A DNA stretch of 64,000 bases, taken from Alphaproteobacteria bacterium. GTDB taxonomy: Bacteria; Pseudomonadota; Alphaproteobacteria; UBA828. Under the pieces are notes generated by a model. It saw nothing but the letters and a program-made list of their open reading frames with translations, was not told the DNA's origin and made no database searches. Within the stretch, counting starts at the first letter, position 1, and each line of letters begins with the position of its first letter. Of this stretch, positions 51,788-60,326 are shown piece after piece. The stretch is taken from contig CAXXVO010000005.1 of the NCBI GenBank assembly GCA_963422645.2, positions 160,001 to 224,000 of the forward strand, in the 5' to 3' direction. The translations under genes and the position numbers were made by a program.

Positions 51788-53080
51788 GTGAGTTCAGACC
51801 AGACCGCCATTTCGGTGCCCGAGGGATACCGCCCGCTCGACGTGGACACCCTCGCGCCCTATCTCGCGGAGCAGCCGGCGCTCTGCGCGCGCCTCGGCGG
51901 CGATCCTTCGAGTTGGCGGGTGGAAGAAGTCGGCGACGGCAACCTGAACCTGGTCTTCATCGTGCGCGGCCCGGGCGGTGGGCTCTGCGTGAAGCAGGCG
52001 CTGCCTTACGTGCGGCTGGTGGGGGAGAGCTGGCCGCTGCCGCTGGATCGCGCCTTCTTCGAGCACGAGGCGCTGGTGGAGCACGGCCGCCATGCACCGG
52101 GGCTCACACCCGAGATCTACCGCTTCGATCCCCTGCTCATGCTGACGGCGATGGAACTGCTGGAACCTCACATCGTCATGCGGCGGGGCATGATCCAGGG
52201 CATCCGCTACCCGCGCGCTGCCACCGACGTGGCCGAATACATGGCGCGGACGCTCTTCTTCACCTCCGATCTCGGGACGAGCGCGGCAGAGAAGAAGGCG
52301 CGCGTCGCTCTCTTCTGCGGCAACGCGGCGCTCTGCAAGCTCACCGAGGACGTGATCTTCACCGAGCCCTACATGGTCCACGAAAACAACCGCTGGACCT
52401 CGCCGCAGCTCGACGACCTCGCCGCGGCCTTCCGGGCCGATGCCGCGCTGAAGCGCGCCGTCTCCCGCCTCAAGTGCAAGTTCATGGGAAACGCCGAGGC
52501 GCTGATTCACGGCGACCTGCACACCGGCTCGATCATGGTGACGCAGGACGACACCCGCGTGATCGACCCCGAGTTCGCGTTCTACGGGCCGATGGGCTTC
52601 GATACCGGCGCCTTCGTCGGCAACCTGCTGCTCAACTACTTCAGCCAGGACGGCCACGCGACCGAGGCCGACGACCGCACCGCCTACAAGGCATGGGTGC
52701 TGGAGACGGCCGAGACCTTCTGGCGCACCTTCGCCGAGTGCTACGGCGCCCTCTGGGCCGAGCGTACGGGCGATGCGTACCCGGCTGCGCTTTTCGCCGG
52801 CGAAGAGGGTGCTGCTTCGCTTAGCCTCGCGCGCGACGCGGCCATCGCCGCGCTCTTCACCGACACGCTTCAGTTCGGCGCAGCCAAGATGATCCGGCGC
52901 ATCCTGGGGATCGCCCACAACATCGATTTCGAATGGATCGAGGATCCCGACCGCCGCGCCGCCTGCGAACGGCCGGCCCTCCTGCTCGGCCGGGAGCTGC
53001 TCGTGAACACCGCCGCGTATCGGACGATCCAGGCCGTCACTGGCGCAGCGCAGGATTTCCAGGCCCGCACCGGTGCGTGA
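51788..53080 (+). CDS. mtnK: S-methyl-5-thioribose kinase (or 5-deoxyribose kinase)
   Basis: EVGDGNLNLVF, KQALPYVR.VGESWPL, HGDLHTGS, IDPEFAFYGPMGFD, RRILGIAH. Confidence 0.92.
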   Translation: MSSDQTAISVPEGYRPLDVDTLAPYLAEQPALCARLGGDPSSWRVEEVGDGNLNLVFIVRGPGGGLCVKQALPYVRLVGESWPLPLDRAFFEHEALVEHGRHAPGLTPEIYRFDPLLMLTAMELLEPHIVMRRGMIQGIRYPRAATDVAEYMARTLFFTSDLGTSAAEKKARVALFCGNAALCKLTEDVIFTEPYMVHENNRWTSPQLDDLAAAFRADAALKRAVSRLKCKFMGNAEALIHGDLHTGSIMVTQDDTRVIDPEFAFYGPMGFDTGAFVGNLLLNYFSQDGHATEADDRTAYKAWVLETAETFWRTFAECYGALWAERTGDAYPAALFAGEEGAASLSLARDAAIAALFTDTLQFGAAKMIRRILGIAHNIDFEWIEDPDRRAACERPALLLGRELLVNTAAYRTIQAVTGAAQDFQARTGA

Positions 53081-53138
53081 CGGGACGTTGCCCGCTACCA
53101 TCACCCCAACGACAAACGACAGGAAAGGGAGACCAGCC

Positions 53139-53486
53139 ATGACCATCGAACGCCTCGACAAAGGCCCCCGCATGAGCCAGGCGGTTGTGCAGGGCGACCG
53201 CGTGTATCTCGCCGGCCAGGTGGCCGACGACACCAGTGAGGACGTCGCCGGCCAGACCCGGCAAGTCCTCGCCAAGATCGACGCCCTGCTGGCCAGGGCC
53301 GGCTCGTCGAAGGAGCAGATTCTCACCGCCAACGTCTGGCTCTCGGACATCCGGACCTTCGGCGAGATGAACAGCGTGTGGGACCCCTGGGTCTCCAAGG
53401 AGAACCCGCCCTGCCGCGCCTGCGTCGAGAGCAGGCTGGCGACGCCGGACTACACGGTCGAGATCATGGTGGTGGCCGCGCGCTAG
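53139..53486 (+). CDS. RidA/YoaB-type enamine deaminase family protein
   Basis: RMSQAV, YLAGQV, MNSVWDPW...PPCRACV. Confidence 0.9.
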   Translation: MTIERLDKGPRMSQAVVQGDRVYLAGQVADDTSEDVAGQTRQVLAKIDALLARAGSSKEQILTANVWLSDIRTFGEMNSVWDPWVSKENPPCRACVESRLATPDYTVEIMVVAAR

Positions 53487-53523
53487 CAGCCGCCGCCCCC
53501 GCTGAGGGGCGCAGGAGGGAGAC

Positions 53524-54849
53524 ATGAGCGAGGCGATGGCAACCGCCGGCGCGAACCGGCGCTACGACATCATCCCCTGGGCAGCGCAGAACGCGCTGGA
53601 CCCGGTGATCGAGATGGAGCGCGGCGAGGGCGCCTACATCTATGACACGGGAGGCAAGCGCTATCTCGATTTCTCGTCGCAGCTGGTGAACGTCAATCTC
53701 GGCTACCAGCACCCCAAGGTGATCGCGGCGATTCAGGAGCAGGCTGGCAGGCTTTGCTACATCGGCCCGCACCACACCACCGCCGCGCGCGAGAAGCTCG
53801 GCCGCAAGCTTGCGGAGATCGCGCCCGGCGATATCCAGACCGCCTTCTTCACCGGGAGCGGCAGCGAGGCGACCGAGATCGCCATGATGATCGCGCGCCT
53901 CGTCACGGGGCGGCGCAAGATCCTCGCGAAGTACCGCTCCTACCACGGCACCACCTCGGGCTCGATGTCGGCGAGTGGCGACCCCAGGCGGCTCGCCGTG
54001 GGCTACGACCACCCCAACATCGTCCGCTTCCTCGACCCCTACTGCCACCGCTGCCCCTTCTCGCTCTCCTACCCCGGCTGCGGGGTGCAGTGCGCGAAGA
54101 GCGTGGAAGAGGTGATCCAGCGCGAGGGGCCGGACCAGATCGCTGCGGTCATCGTCGAGCCGATGACGGCGGCGAGCGGCGGGATCAAGCCGCCGCCCGA
54201 GTACTTCCCAATCCTGCGCGAGATCTGCGACCGCTACGGCATCCTGATGATCGCGGACGAGGTGATCTGCGGCTTCGGCCGCACCGGGCGCTGGTTCGGC
54301 ATGGAGCATTGGGGCGTGGTGCCCGACCTGATGGCGGTCTCCAAGGGCATCACGTCCGGCTACATCCCGATGGGCGCGGTGCTGATGCGGCCCCACGTTG
54401 CCGCGCACTTCGACGACGACTGGTTCCCGCTCGGCTCGACCCAGACCGGCAACCCCATCGCCTGCGCCGCTGCCTGTGCCGCGCTCGATGCCTACGAGAA
54501 CGACGGGCTGATCGAGAACGCAGCGCGGATGGGCAAGGTGCTGGCGTCGGGGCTGGAGGACCTCAAGGAGGGGCATTCGTGCGTCTCCGACGTGCGCTCG
54601 CTCGGCCTGCTGGGCGCGATCGAGCTAACCGCCGATCCGGCGACCGACGCGCCTTTCTCAACCGCGCCGAACCACGCGGCGCTCAACGACCTGATGAAGC
54701 GCCGGATGGTCGAGCACGGCCTGGAGGCCAGGACCTGCCTCAACGGCCTCCTGATCGGCCCGCCGCTCTGTATCGACGCCGAGCAGATCGGGGACGCCAT
54801 CGGCATCTTCGACACGATCCTGGACGAGGTCGACGCCGCGCTCGGCTGA
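53524..54849 (+). CDS. Class III (omega) PLP aminotransferase
   Basis: YLDFSSQL, GSGSEA, SYHG, DEVICGFGRTG, AVSKG. Confidence 0.92.
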   Translation: MSEAMATAGANRRYDIIPWAAQNALDPVIEMERGEGAYIYDTGGKRYLDFSSQLVNVNLGYQHPKVIAAIQEQAGRLCYIGPHHTTAAREKLGRKLAEIAPGDIQTAFFTGSGSEATEIAMMIARLVTGRRKILAKYRSYHGTTSGSMSASGDPRRLAVGYDHPNIVRFLDPYCHRCPFSLSYPGCGVQCAKSVEEVIQREGPDQIAAVIVEPMTAASGGIKPPPEYFPILREICDRYGILMIADEVICGFGRTGRWFGMEHWGVVPDLMAVSKGITSGYIPMGAVLMRPHVAAHFDDDWFPLGSTQTGNPIACAAACAALDAYENDGLIENAARMGKVLASGLEDLKEGHSCVSDVRSLGLLGAIELTADPATDAPFSTAPNHAALNDLMKRRMVEHGLEARTCLNGLLIGPPLCIDAEQIGDAIGIFDTILDEVDAALG

Positions 54850-55181
54850 GGTAGCGCGAGTCTGTCCTTGACGGACTCGGGGCGACCCGTCGGCTGACGC
54901 CGCGCGGAGGGCGGCGGCCGGGTACGGCCGCTGAGTCCGTGCATTCCGCCTGCGGCGCAGCTGGCTAGGCAGAAGTACGAACCCAAGCTGTCGAGAGTCC
55001 CCTATGTTCTCCCGGTATGTGTGACGTCTTGCATTGTAAATTCTTAGGCTTCAACAGCAAAAATTGTATTGGAATTCACTTGTGAACGTTTGCAATTGTC
55101 TTGCGAGAGACAGGAAATGTCGCTCGCGAAGAAGATCACCGCAAATGCTGGCTCCTTCTCGACGCATTTCCAACGAAACAC

Positions 55182-55197
55182 TGGCAAGTGTGTCGCT
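55182..55197 (+). promoter_or_regulatory. Putative sigma54 (-24/-12) promoter
   Basis: TGGCAAGTGTGTCGCT has GG-N10-GC spacing and lies about 27 bp before the ATG of a small ORF, in an AT-rich intergenic region. Confidence 0.55.
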
Positions 55198-55223
55198 ACT
55201 CGACCGATGAAGGAGGAGTACCC

Positions 55224-55325
55224 ATGTTCGATTTCGGCTTCAATGACCCGATAGTCCGCAGTGCCTTGACGGTTTTTGTCGGTGCAATCTCGTTTATGGC
55301 CCTGCTGTCATTTCTCCTCGTCTAA
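55224..55325 (+). CDS. Small single-pass membrane protein (33 aa)
   Basis: Strong RBS AAGGAGGAG; MFDFGFNDPIVRSALTVFVGAISFMALLSFLLV*. Confidence 0.6.
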   Translation: MFDFGFNDPIVRSALTVFVGAISFMALLSFLLV

Positions 55326-55458
55326 CGGCTGTCACAGACAAAGAGAATCCTCCGGAATCCGAATGGATAATGGTCGCCACTTCGGGAGAACTGTGCCTGC
55401 GCCGCATCGTGATCCGGTGCGGCAAGGGCGCGGGCTGCCCATCCGGCGGACGAGCCGG

Positions 55459-56295
55459 CTACTGCTTGATTGCGCCCAGCGTGAATGCGCGGGCGAGGTG
55501 CTTCTGAATCAGGAAGCCGAAGAGGACGATGGGGAGCGCGGCTGCGACCGCCAGCGCCGCCTGCACGCCGTAGACCCCGGTGTGATGGTGCAGATAGATC
55601 GGTACGGTGACGATCAGCTTGTCGCTCAGCGTGACCGTCAGCAGGAACTCGTTCCAGGTGAGGATGAAGATGAAGAGGCCGGTGACCACCATGCCGCCCC
55701 GGATCAGCGGCACGGTGACGACGAGGTGCGCGCGCAGGCGGCTCATGCCGTCCATCATGCCGGCCTCCTCGATGGCGGCCGGCACCTCGTCGATGAAGCT
55801 CTTCAGCATCCAGAACGAGAAGGGCACGCCGAAGGCGGTATGGACCAGGATGATGCCGATGTGGGTGTCGCGGAGACCCACCGAGGTGAAGAGGAAGAGC
55901 GCCGGGATCGCCAGCGTGATCGGCGGCACGGCGCGGACGGCGAGGATCCCGATGGCAAGCCGGTTGCTGCCCGCGCGGTAGCGTGAGAAGCCGATTGCCG
56001 CGAGCAGCCCGATGGCGAGCGCGAGCGCGGTGGTGCCGCCGGCGATGATGAAGGAATCGAGCATGGCGCTGAGCCCGGTGCCGCGCGCGGTGACGTAGTT
56101 CATCTCGAAGCGCTGGTAGAGGGGCGCGTAGTTCCCGAGCGTGAGATCGCGCGGCACCCAGGGCGGCGGCACCGCCGCCCACTCGCCGAAGGGCTTGAGC
56201 GACGTGGACACCATCCAGAAGACCGGGAAGAGCGCAAAGATGAGCGCCGCCGCGAGGCCGAGCGCGTGATAGGGCCGGAGGCGGGAAGAGGTCAC
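55459..56295 (-). CDS. Carbohydrate ABC transporter permease (MalG-type), orphan
   Basis: LFPVFWMVSTSLK, EAA loop IEEAGMMDG, FILTWNEF. Start uncertain (56295 or 56346). Confidence 0.88.
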   Translation of the reverse strand: MTSSRLRPYHALGLAAALIFALFPVFWMVSTSLKPFGEWAAVPPPWVPRDLTLGNYAPLYQRFEMNYVTARGTGLSAMLDSFIIAGGTTALALAIGLLAAIGFSRYRAGSNRLAIGILAVRAVPPITLAIPALFLFTSVGLRDTHIGIILVHTAFGVPFSFWMLKSFIDEVPAAIEEAGMMDGMSRLRAHLVVTVPLIRGGMVVTGLFIFILTWNEFLLTVTLSDKLIVTVPIYLHHHTGVYGVQAALAVAAALPIVLFGFLIQKHLARAFTLGAIKQ

Positions 56296-56410
56296 GGACG
56301 GGTACCGGGTCGAAGCGTAAGCCAGAGTCCCTGCGGCCCCTGCCACTCGGCGATGGCCGCTCGCTCGGGCAGGCGCCGCCTGGGCGGCAAATGCGGCACA
56401 GAAATGCGAG

Positions 56411-57001
56411 CTACTGGTTTGCTGACTTCTTCTGCTTCTCGACGAGTTTCTCCTCCGGGGTCCGGCCCCGGCCGATGTGAAACTTATCCACGAAGAGCGG
56501 CCTCTTCGCGCCTTCCCGGTACCAGCTCATCACCATGGGGATCTTCGCCATTCTGAACAGGCCGATCTGCGGGCAGCGGCGATCGGTTTCGCGGGCAAGC
56601 TCCTTCACCCGCTCGGTCTTTTCCCGCGTCTTCACGTGGAGGTCGAAATTGATCTGCTCGTACTTGGGCTGCAGGTGCAGATCGAAAAAGAAGCCGCGGA
56701 TGTCGATGAGAGAGCGGATGTCCGTGCGCAGGTCCTGATACTTGAAGCCCTGGTCGCGGGCCACCACGGTGATGGTGATGGACGTGCACGAGGCCAGAGC
56801 AGAGAGCTGGGCATGGACCGGGGTCCAGCCCCGCGACTTCCCCTGCAGCTCGGGCGGGTCGCCGATGTCGAAGCCTTCGGGCTCGTCGAACATGATGGAG
56901 GGCTGGCCGTCGAAATAGCCCTCAACGCGCATCTGCTCGAAGGATTGCGTGCTCACATCCGAGATGCCGATGTAACCCGGATAGCGCGCCTCTCTCTCCA
57001 T
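56411..57001 (-). CDS. OsmC/Ohr-like family protein
   Basis: DEP..., P...LSALASC, RRCP; GGAAGGGAG RBS. Confidence 0.7.
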   Translation of the reverse strand: MEREARYPGYIGISDVSTQSFEQMRVEGYFDGQPSIMFDEPEGFDIGDPPELQGKSRGWTPVHAQLSALASCTSITITVVARDQGFKYQDLRTDIRSLIDIRGFFFDLHLQPKYEQINFDLHVKTREKTERVKELARETDRRCPQIGLFRMAKIPMVMSWYREGAKRPLFVDKFHIGRGRTPEEKLVEKQKKSANQ

Positions 57002-57180
57002 CGGGTGCTCCCTTCCTGCGCTTCGTGCGGCCCGGGAGCTTACGCGCCGCCAACACGGGCGGCAAAGCCGGTTGGAGCGAGCCCGGAGGGAACGCACGCA
57101 ACGATTGGCGCCCGGTGGAAAGCGGCGTAACCATTGGTGCGGACGGTGCGTCACGACTGGGCGGCAGAGAGGGACCCGAC

Positions 57181-57645
57181 ATGGCCATGGAACAAGCGAC
57201 CCCCGAGGCGACCGACGAGGAGTGGCAATACCAGCTTCGTGTCGACCTTGCCGAGGATGCGGCCGCAGCGGTGCGTGCCGGCGCGGAGCATCCGGGGCTC
57301 GGGCCGGTGCGGGACATCCTCGCCGCCCACGATGCGCGGCTCGTGTGCCAGTACGACGCCTTCGCCGGCTACTGCGCCGAGGCCGAGGCGCAGGGCGTCG
57401 AGCACTATCCCCTCTACGCCTGGACCAGGGCGGTGATCGCCGATCCCGCCAAGCAGGCGAAGTACGTGAAATCGTTCTCGATCCACATCGGCGGCGCGGA
57501 GGTCTACGCCAGGGAGAAGGCAGACCCGCTGGCGGCGGCGCTCAAGCCGCTGGTCGGCGCGGGCGTCGTGACCCGGCTCGCCAGGCACGACACCAATCCG
57601 GCCAACAGCCCGCAGATGCCGGAGAAGTACCGCCCCGGCTCGTGA
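57181..57645 (+). CDS. Hypothetical protein
   Basis: GAGGG RBS and coherent codon usage; WQYQLR..., CQYDAFAGYC.EAE..G...YPLY.WT, DTNPANSPQ. Confidence 0.75.
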   Translation: MAMEQATPEATDEEWQYQLRVDLAEDAAAAVRAGAEHPGLGPVRDILAAHDARLVCQYDAFAGYCAEAEAQGVEHYPLYAWTRAVIADPAKQAKYVKSFSIHIGGAEVYAREKADPLAAALKPLVGAGVVTRLARHDTNPANSPQMPEKYRPGS

Positions 57646-57967
57646 CGGGACTCAGCCGTCCGCGGCGAGTTTCTCACGCAGGTAGGGGATCAGGCCGCCG
57701 GCCTGGAGCATGCCGCGCTCGGCGGTGGAGTAGGGGGCGATGGGGAGCGCCCCGCCCCGGCTCAGGTTGCGGACCTCCGCAGTCTCCCAGTCGATCTCGA
57801 TCTCGTCCCAGCGCTGGGCGAGGCCGGTGATGCCGGGGCAGGCGATCTGGGGGAAGCCCTCGGCGATCTCCTCCCGCCAGTAGCCGGTGGCGAAGGAGTC
57901 CGCGATCACGGCGCGGACACCCAAGCGGCGCAGCCCGATCATCGGCGCGAAGTGAGGGTGGCCGTAA

Positions 57968-60126
57968 CCCAGGTTGGCACTTTTTGTGTTCTGCTGTCGT
58001 TTATCGCTTTGATATGGCGCAATATTTTTCTCTGCCGATTCCAACATGGCACTACATTTTGTGAGATTCTGTCAGCTCGTCAGGCGGGTCCTCGTGCGGT
58101 GGATGGCGGGGTCAACACCCGCCGCCGAGGAGATTTGGGCGACCTCGGCGGCCGGGCGCGTGTCCTGGCGGTTGACGATCAAGGTGCCGTCGGTCTGGCG
58201 CAGTCGCGTGGTGATCCGCACCCAGGTCCGCATGCCCTCGCGGATCGATGCCCAGCACTTGTGGATGCCCCGCGCGGCCAGTCGGGTACGGATCAGATGC
58301 ACGGCGTGATAGGCCAGCACGGCGATCAGCAGGTGGGCCGCGATGCGACGGTCGAGCTGGTGCCAGATCGGGCGAAGGCCGAGCTCGGATTTCAGGCTGC
58401 GGAAGGTGGCCTCGATGTCGGTGATGCGCCAGTAGGTCCGCAGGATCGTCTCGATATCCCAGTCGACGTGGCTGGTGCGCAGCACATAGGCGCCGGCGCC
58501 CTCGTCGGCCTCGTCGTATTGCGGCCTGCGCTTGAAGCGCACGGCGGCGGCGTTGGGGCCGGTTTTCGCCTTCTCGACCGTGACCTCGTAGTGTCTGGCG
58601 ACGGTGGAGAAGCGCTGCTTGAGACGGCCAATGCTCTCCAGCACCCTGTCGTAGCGCTTGAGGCGGCCCTTGACCGGCAGGCCGCTATGGAGCCTTTCCA
58701 GCGCCGCCTCGAAGCGGTTCCGCCTGAGGCCGATGATCGCGTTCTCGGCCTTCTTCTTGCCCTCGCTGACGACGTAGAGCCGCGCCTCGCCGTCCTCGCT
58801 GGCAAGCCGCCAGGCGCGCACCTCGTGCCGCGCGCTGGTGATCAGCAGAGCCTCGGGCCCGCCCTCGGGCAGCGGCGGCCTGGCGCCGCGGCTGACCGCG
58901 ATCCAGTCGTAGCCCTGCTCGCCCAGCCACGCGACGTTCTCCTCGGTGGCGATGCCCGCGTCCATGACCACCGTGGGCTTCGGCGCCGTGCCGCCGCACA
59001 CCGCCTCGAGCCTGACCAGCGCGTCCTCCAGCGTGCCCGGCTCGCTCACGTTGCCCGGCAGGATCTCGCAACTGCGCGGGAAGCCTGCGCCGTCGAGCGC
59101 CAGCGCCAGCGTGATCAGCGGACAGTCGTCGCGCTTCTGCTTGGAGCGCCCGAACCTGGGAAGCTGGCCGTGGGTGTGGCCGTGGTAGTGGACATTGGTG
59201 AGATCGTAAAAGGCGATCGTTTCGGGCAGGTCGAGCAGCGCGCGCTCGCGGTTGAACAGCTCCCGCTGAATGGCGGCCCGGTGGCGCCAGAGCAGGTCGC
59301 CGATGCGGTAGAGCGTCTTGCGCCGCAGCGCCTTGCGGTCGCCCTCCAGCCCCAGGAGCTCGGCGGTCGCGCTGTCGCGGCGCAGCCAGCGGCTGGTGTC
59401 ACGCTCGCTGGCGGGATGGACCATCCTGGCGACGATCAGCGCGCTGGCGATGCGCCCGTCGCGGCCCTTGATATCGAGGCCGTGGAGGATGTCGGCGAAG
59501 CCGAGGTCGTCGAGGGCCTTGAGGCACAGGCGCTCGCAGCCGACCGTGCGCGGGTTCTCGTGCTCCAGGGTATCGAGGTCGACGGTGGCGATGTCGGGCT
59601 TGCGCGCCTCTTCCTGTATCGCCTCGGGGCGGAACCCCCTGGCCCTGAGCTTGGCGACGATGTCCTCGGCTGCGGCCTGCACGTCCGGCGCGGCTTCGAG
59701 CAGCGGCGGGCGGCCGTTGAGCAGCGCCTCGGCGAGTCCGGCAACTTCGCGCCATTTCTCCTTCGGCACCGGATAGTCGGTGCCGAGGTTGAGAAGCGTG
59801 CGCTGCCTGACCTTGTCGCCGATGCGCTGCGAGAGCACGAGGCGATGGCTGCGGACCGGCTTGCCTTCGGTAGTGTGGGTCTTGGTTGCCCTGATGAACA
59901 TGTCGCCCGGCACGTTTTGGTCGTGGCGGGTTCAGATATGTCGGCTTTGGTGGTGGGGTCAAGGGAAATCCTGCAAACCCACCATTCCCTGGCACTACAA
60001 AGGGAGTTCGAGACGGCAATCGCAAATGTAGGGGCGTGCCCTTCTCGTCAACGCTATATCTGGTGTGTCAGCCGGAAAAACCTGGCCAATTCGGCCCCGA
60101 ACAAACGGAAAAAGTGCCAACTTGGG
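57968..60126 (-). mobile_element. IS1634-family insertion sequence
   Basis: 17/18-bp IRs CCCAGGTTGGCACTTTTT / AAAAAGTGCCAACTTGGG; GTAA target duplication at 57964-57967 and 60127-60130. Confidence 0.92.
58072..59901 (-). CDS. IS1634 family DDE transposase
   Basis: MFIR...RQRTLLNLG, FYDLTN, FGRSKQKRDD, VMDAG, IEATFRSLKSELGLRPIWH. Confidence 0.92.
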   Translation of the reverse strand: MFIRATKTHTTEGKPVRSHRLVLSQRIGDKVRQRTLLNLGTDYPVPKEKWREVAGLAEALLNGRPPLLEAAPDVQAAAEDIVAKLRARGFRPEAIQEEARKPDIATVDLDTLEHENPRTVGCERLCLKALDDLGFADILHGLDIKGRDGRIASALIVARMVHPASERDTSRWLRRDSATAELLGLEGDRKALRRKTLYRIGDLLWRHRAAIQRELFNRERALLDLPETIAFYDLTNVHYHGHTHGQLPRFGRSKQKRDDCPLITLALALDGAGFPRSCEILPGNVSEPGTLEDALVRLEAVCGGTAPKPTVVMDAGIATEENVAWLGEQGYDWIAVSRGARPPLPEGGPEALLITSARHEVRAWRLASEDGEARLYVVSEGKKKAENAIIGLRRNRFEAALERLHSGLPVKGRLKRYDRVLESIGRLKQRFSTVARHYEVTVEKAKTGPNAAAVRFKRRPQYDEADEGAGAYVLRTSHVDWDIETILRTYWRITDIEATFRSLKSELGLRPIWHQLDRRIAAHLLIAVLAYHAVHLIRTRLAARGIHKCWASIREGMRTWVRITTRLRQTDGTLIVNRQDTRPAAEVAQISSAAGVDPAIHRTRTRLTS

Positions 60127-60326
60127 GTAACCGAAATTCTCGGCGCCGACGACCACGTCGCCGGGCTCGACCTTCTCCGCGAAGCCGGGATCGAAGCGGC
60201 GCATAGCGCAGGCGGCGAGCGCGTCAGGGTCGGTGAGGCGGATGTTCTCGACGCCCACGATCTGGTCGACGTCGAAGTCGGCCTCCTCGAAGACGTAGGC
60301 AACGCGGCCGCGAAGGGGCGCGAGGC

